The notes under the pieces are model-generated. The model did not search any database and was not told the origin of the DNA. It saw nothing but the letters and a program-made list of their open reading frames with translations. Both the position numbers and the translations under genes were made by a program. This document shows positions 62,401-64,000 of a stretch of 64,000 bases of DNA, in pieces (position 1 is the first letter of the stretch; every line of letters begins with the position of its first letter). The DNA comes from Bispira polyomma (lineage: Eukaryota), in NCBI GenBank assembly GCA_965649765.1, contig OZ287757.1:53754001-53818000 (forward strand), written 5' to 3'.

Positions 62401-62624
62401 ACCTATATTTTTATCAGACGACCACACTATTGAGGATGCGGGAGGACCCCAGCGCCCCTCAAGTCACCCTACGTCAACAACCGTTTGCTAGTCCAGAAAA
62501 GGTACAGGAAGTCGTGGCCGAGACCTACCGGAACTTGAAAAATAAGAAGGGCGACGTACAGAGGAGTATGGCCTTGTATCTGGCAAATAAAGACACTGAG
62601 TTCATCTTGTTTAAACCTATTAAA
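41261..62624 (+). CDS. COG3: Conserved oligomeric Golgi complex subunit 3 (Sec34 family), multi-exon gene, 3' end outside window
   Basis: join(41261..41425,43432..43557,43886..43947,44315..44480,44890..44964,45957..46049,46562..46690,49240..49358,50755..50881,51641..51732,53123..53228,53819..53852,55018..55178,56373..56643,57626..57738,58126..58336,60365..60447,61418..61552,62418..62624). All GT-AG with a continuous frame. Motifs [84 protein letters not shown]. Confidence 0.97.
43432..43557 (+). CDS. COG3: COG3 exon 2
   Basis: ttgcag|LPLDD...VENSQQ|gtagga. Confidence 0.88.
43886..43947 (+). CDS. COG3: COG3 exon 3
   Basis: ttttag|[12 protein letters not shown]...|gtaaat. Confidence 0.9.
44315..44480 (+). 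CDS. COG3: COG3 exon 4
   Basis: [22 protein letters not shown]|gtgggt. Confidence 0.93.
44553..44777 (-). mobile_element. tRNA-derived SINE, family B (family A head, different body and tail)
   Basis: Head resembles family A; tail gacctaagctgttgaaagcgacgtaaaa also at about 56995-57044 and 61865-61912. Confidence 0.7.
44890..44964 (+). CDS. COG3: COG3 exon 5
   Basis: [25 protein letters not shown]|gtaagt. Confidence 0.92.
45957..46049 (+). CDS. COG3: COG3 exon 6
   Basis: [31 protein letters not shown]|gtaaga. Confidence 0.93.
46414..46630 (+). repeat. Two degenerate upstream copies of the COG3 exon 7 acceptor and 5' end
   Basis: ttttag|cctcagtatc... at 46421 and cctcaatattgagagtcccaggtttataccagt...gaggctgtaacc at 46461. 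Confidence 0.8.
46562..46690 (+). CDS. COG3: COG3 exon 7
   Basis: [19 protein letters not shown]...|gtaagg. Confidence 0.92.
49240..49358 (+). CDS. COG3: COG3 exon 8
   Basis: [26 protein letters not shown]...|gtaagt. Confidence 0.93.
49334..49532 (+). repeat. About 4 copies (40-54 bp) spanning the COG3 exon 8 donor
   Basis: aggcaagacttaccagtagtaacga|gtaagtagagccaaggtcatttcaaggt and variants. Confidence 0.85.
49744..50765 (+). repeat. 22-28-bp minisatellite, 29 copies of the COG3 exon 9 acceptor
   Basis: tctgtctctatgttctag|GTACACCCAG; the last copy is the functional acceptor. Confidence 0.95.
50110..50376 (+). mobile_element. tRNA-derived SINE, family A, inside the COG3 exon-9 acceptor array
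   Basis: A and B boxes, A-tail, TSD ttctaggtacaccca. Confidence 0.9.
50755..50881 (+). CDS. COG3: COG3 exon 9
   Basis: [16 protein letters not shown]...RDHCAL|gtgagt; the acceptor is the last unit of a tandem array. Confidence 0.92.
51490..51655 (+). repeat. Three 60-61-bp copies of the COG3 exon 10 acceptor
   Basis: ttctattcttatttcag|GTAYRTAGYGGATGT with AG ending at 51519, 51580 and 51640. Confidence 0.88.
51641..51732 (+). CDS. COG3: COG3 exon 10
   Basis: [23 protein letters not shown]...|gtgagt. Confidence 0.93.
53123..53228 (+). CDS. COG3: COG3 exon 11
   Basis: [26 protein letters not shown]|gtagga. Confidence 0.94.
53819..53852 (+). CDS. COG3: COG3 exon 12 (34 nt)
   Basis: ttatag|[11 protein letters not shown]|gtaagt. 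Confidence 0.88.
54186..55050 (+). repeat. ~80-100-bp array copying the COG3 exon 13 acceptor, with a nested 19-bp subrepeat
   Basis: aagtatgtgtgtactttcag|CTGATCACCTGAGTGCCTTTGAGGTGGTGT-like copies at about 54422, 54522, 54600, 54679 and 55017 (real). Confidence 0.9.
54705..54952 (+). mobile_element. tRNA-derived SINE, family A, inside the COG3 exon-13 acceptor array
   Basis: Near-identical to the 50110 copy; TSD ccgttaaggt(gg). Confidence 0.9.
55018..55178 (+). CDS. COG3: COG3 exon 13
   Basis: [41 protein letters not shown]|gtacgg. Confidence 0.95.
55186..55750. repeat. ~31-bp minisatellite starting 8 nt after the COG3 exon 13 donor
   Basis: gtgaaacggttaccatagcaacagttggtaattgg, about 18 copies. 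Confidence 0.88.
56373..56643 (+). CDS. COG3: COG3 exon 14, Ser/Thr-rich variable linker
   Basis: acacag|SIAASLK...AANG|gtatgt; phase fits both neighbours. Confidence 0.8.
57626..57738 (+). CDS. COG3: COG3 exon 15
   Basis: [28 protein letters not shown]|gtgagt. Confidence 0.95.
58126..58336 (+). CDS. COG3: COG3 exon 16
   Basis: [10 protein letters not shown]...[20 protein letters not shown]...DFSKIK|gtgaga. Confidence 0.95.
58851..59081. mobile_element. Tc1/mariner-like MITE
   Basis: Near-perfect ~40-bp TIR ctgcct.tggttataattcggccgccagttttaaatcggcc, flanked by TA. Confidence 0.75.
60365..60447 (+). CDS. COG3: COG3 exon 17
   Basis: DAAFGLL...NALLQFLLE|gtaagt. Confidence 0.92.
60541..60808 (+). 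mobile_element. tRNA-derived SINE, family A
   Basis: A-tail; TSD ttctaacaccctag/ttctaaacccctag; lies in the second copy of a ~45-bp tandem duplication. Confidence 0.88.
61418..61552 (+). CDS. COG3: COG3 exon 18
   Basis: [28 protein letters not shown]...|gtgggt. Confidence 0.93.
61700..61912 (+). mobile_element. Older SINE copy, family B
   Basis: Degenerate head ttcacaattactggcctctcacc and family B tail. Confidence 0.6.
62418..62624 (+). CDS. COG3: COG3 exon 19
   Basis: [12 protein letters not shown]...[21 protein letters not shown]|gtaagt. Confidence 0.93.
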
Positions 62625-63285
62625 GTAAGTAGTTATTAACAGAGGAGTATGGCCTTGTACCTGGCAAATAAAGACACCGAGTTCATCTTGTTTAAACCTA
62701 TTACAGTAAGTAGTTATTAACAGAGGAATATAGCCTTGTACCTGGCGAATAAAGACACCGAGTTCATCTTGTTTAAACCTATTAAAGTAAGTAGTTATTA
62801 ACAGAGGAGTATGGCCTTGTACCTGGCGAATAAAGACACCGAGTTCATCTTGTTTAAACCTATTAAAGTAAGTAGTTATTAACAGAGGAGTATGGCCTTG
62901 TACCTGGCAAATAAAGACACAGAGTTCATCTTGTTTAAACCTATTAAAGTAAGTAGTTATTAACAGAGGAGTATGGCCTTGTACCTGGCAAATAAAGACA
63001 CAGAGTTCATCTTGTTTAAACCTATTAAAGTAAGTAGTTATTAACTGAGGATTATGGTTTTGTACCTGGCAAATAAAGACACCAAGTTCATCTTGTTTAA
63101 ACCTATTAAAGTAGGTAGTTATTAACAGAGGAGTATGGCCTTGTACCTGGCGAATAAAGATACAGAGTTCATCTTGTTTAAACCTATTAAAGTAAGTAGT
63201 TATTAACAGAGAAGTATGGCCTTGTACCTGGCGAATAAAGACACCTAATTCATCTTGTTTAAACCTATTAAAGTAAGTAGTTACT
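62558..63285 (+). repeat. Nine 81-bp copies spanning the COG3 exon 19 donor
   Basis: Units start at 62558, 62639, 62720, 62801, 62882, 62963, 63044, 63125 and 63206; 67 nt of exon plus gtaagtagttatta. Confidence 0.96.
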
Positions 63286-64000
63286 ATTAAAATAAGTAGT
63301 TACTTTGGCTACTATGGCTACATATACACTCTATAAATATATTTTTTTTCTGTTTAACAGTGACTTGTAAGCCCATATGAGCTGGCTAAATGAATAGAAG
63401 TATATGTTGTAATAAATATTGTTACATGTCACTGCTATAAATAAAATCTTTGTCTTATTCATAAAAATGCACTTGCCTCATCCGTACTGACGCAACAGTT
63501 GGTAGCCGCCAACTGAGCATCTCTCGTATAGCCGAAAAAGCTATCAGCCTACCTTAGTAAAGCATGTGATTCAGTAGTGCACGACACATAATTAGGTCAA
63601 GTACTAGACCGAACAATCTGTCTTTGTTTAAGCAAGATTCCTTGCTGTTATTTTGACGATGGAATCACGAAAAGGGATAGAACGGATACCATATTAAGCA
63701 AAACGTTGTAAAGTTGGTCTGACGTAAAATGGCCGAGAGACTTGTGCCAATGATTGTGGTTTAGTTTTAATTTATATTATTTCATATCTACCATGTCGGC
63801 ATGAAATAACAGAAAATTGGCTAATTTATCATGTATATGTAAGGAGGCTACATATTTATTCTAACACGATTCTGTCTCTAAATATGCCGATTTTGATTTA
63901 CAATGTTTTGCTTATGGTAGCCGCTAAATCACCAATCGGCTATGGATCAGTTAAAAAACCTGTCATTGGCGGGAGAATACTCGGTCTAGTCAAGTGCAGG

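Overview
AT-rich, intron-rich metazoan genomic DNA (probably a marine invertebrate or lophotrochozoan; taxon is inference only). It holds two divergently transcribed spliced genes. An ENOX1/ENOX2-like gene lies on the minus strand (11 coding exons traced, ATG at 29109, continuing past base 1). COG3 lies on the plus strand (19 coding exons traced, ATG at 41261, continuing past 64000). All junctions were checked by hand for GT-AG and phase. Between the genes are a 5'-truncated Gmr1-type gypsy LTR retrotransposon (INT before RT) and a decayed DIRS/Ngaro-like tyrosine-recombinase retroelement. The introns carry a 5'-truncated L1/Tx1-like LINE whose ORF1 ends in a NADAR (YbiA-like) domain, five young tRNA-derived SINEs and several MITEs. 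The most striking pattern is that at least 11 of about 57 exon-intron junctions are themselves tandemly amplified. Each repeat unit is exon edge plus splice site plus intron edge, 2 to about 43 copies extend into the intron, and only the exon-proximal copy rebuilds the conserved protein. Several young transposons have inserted inside these splice-site arrays.
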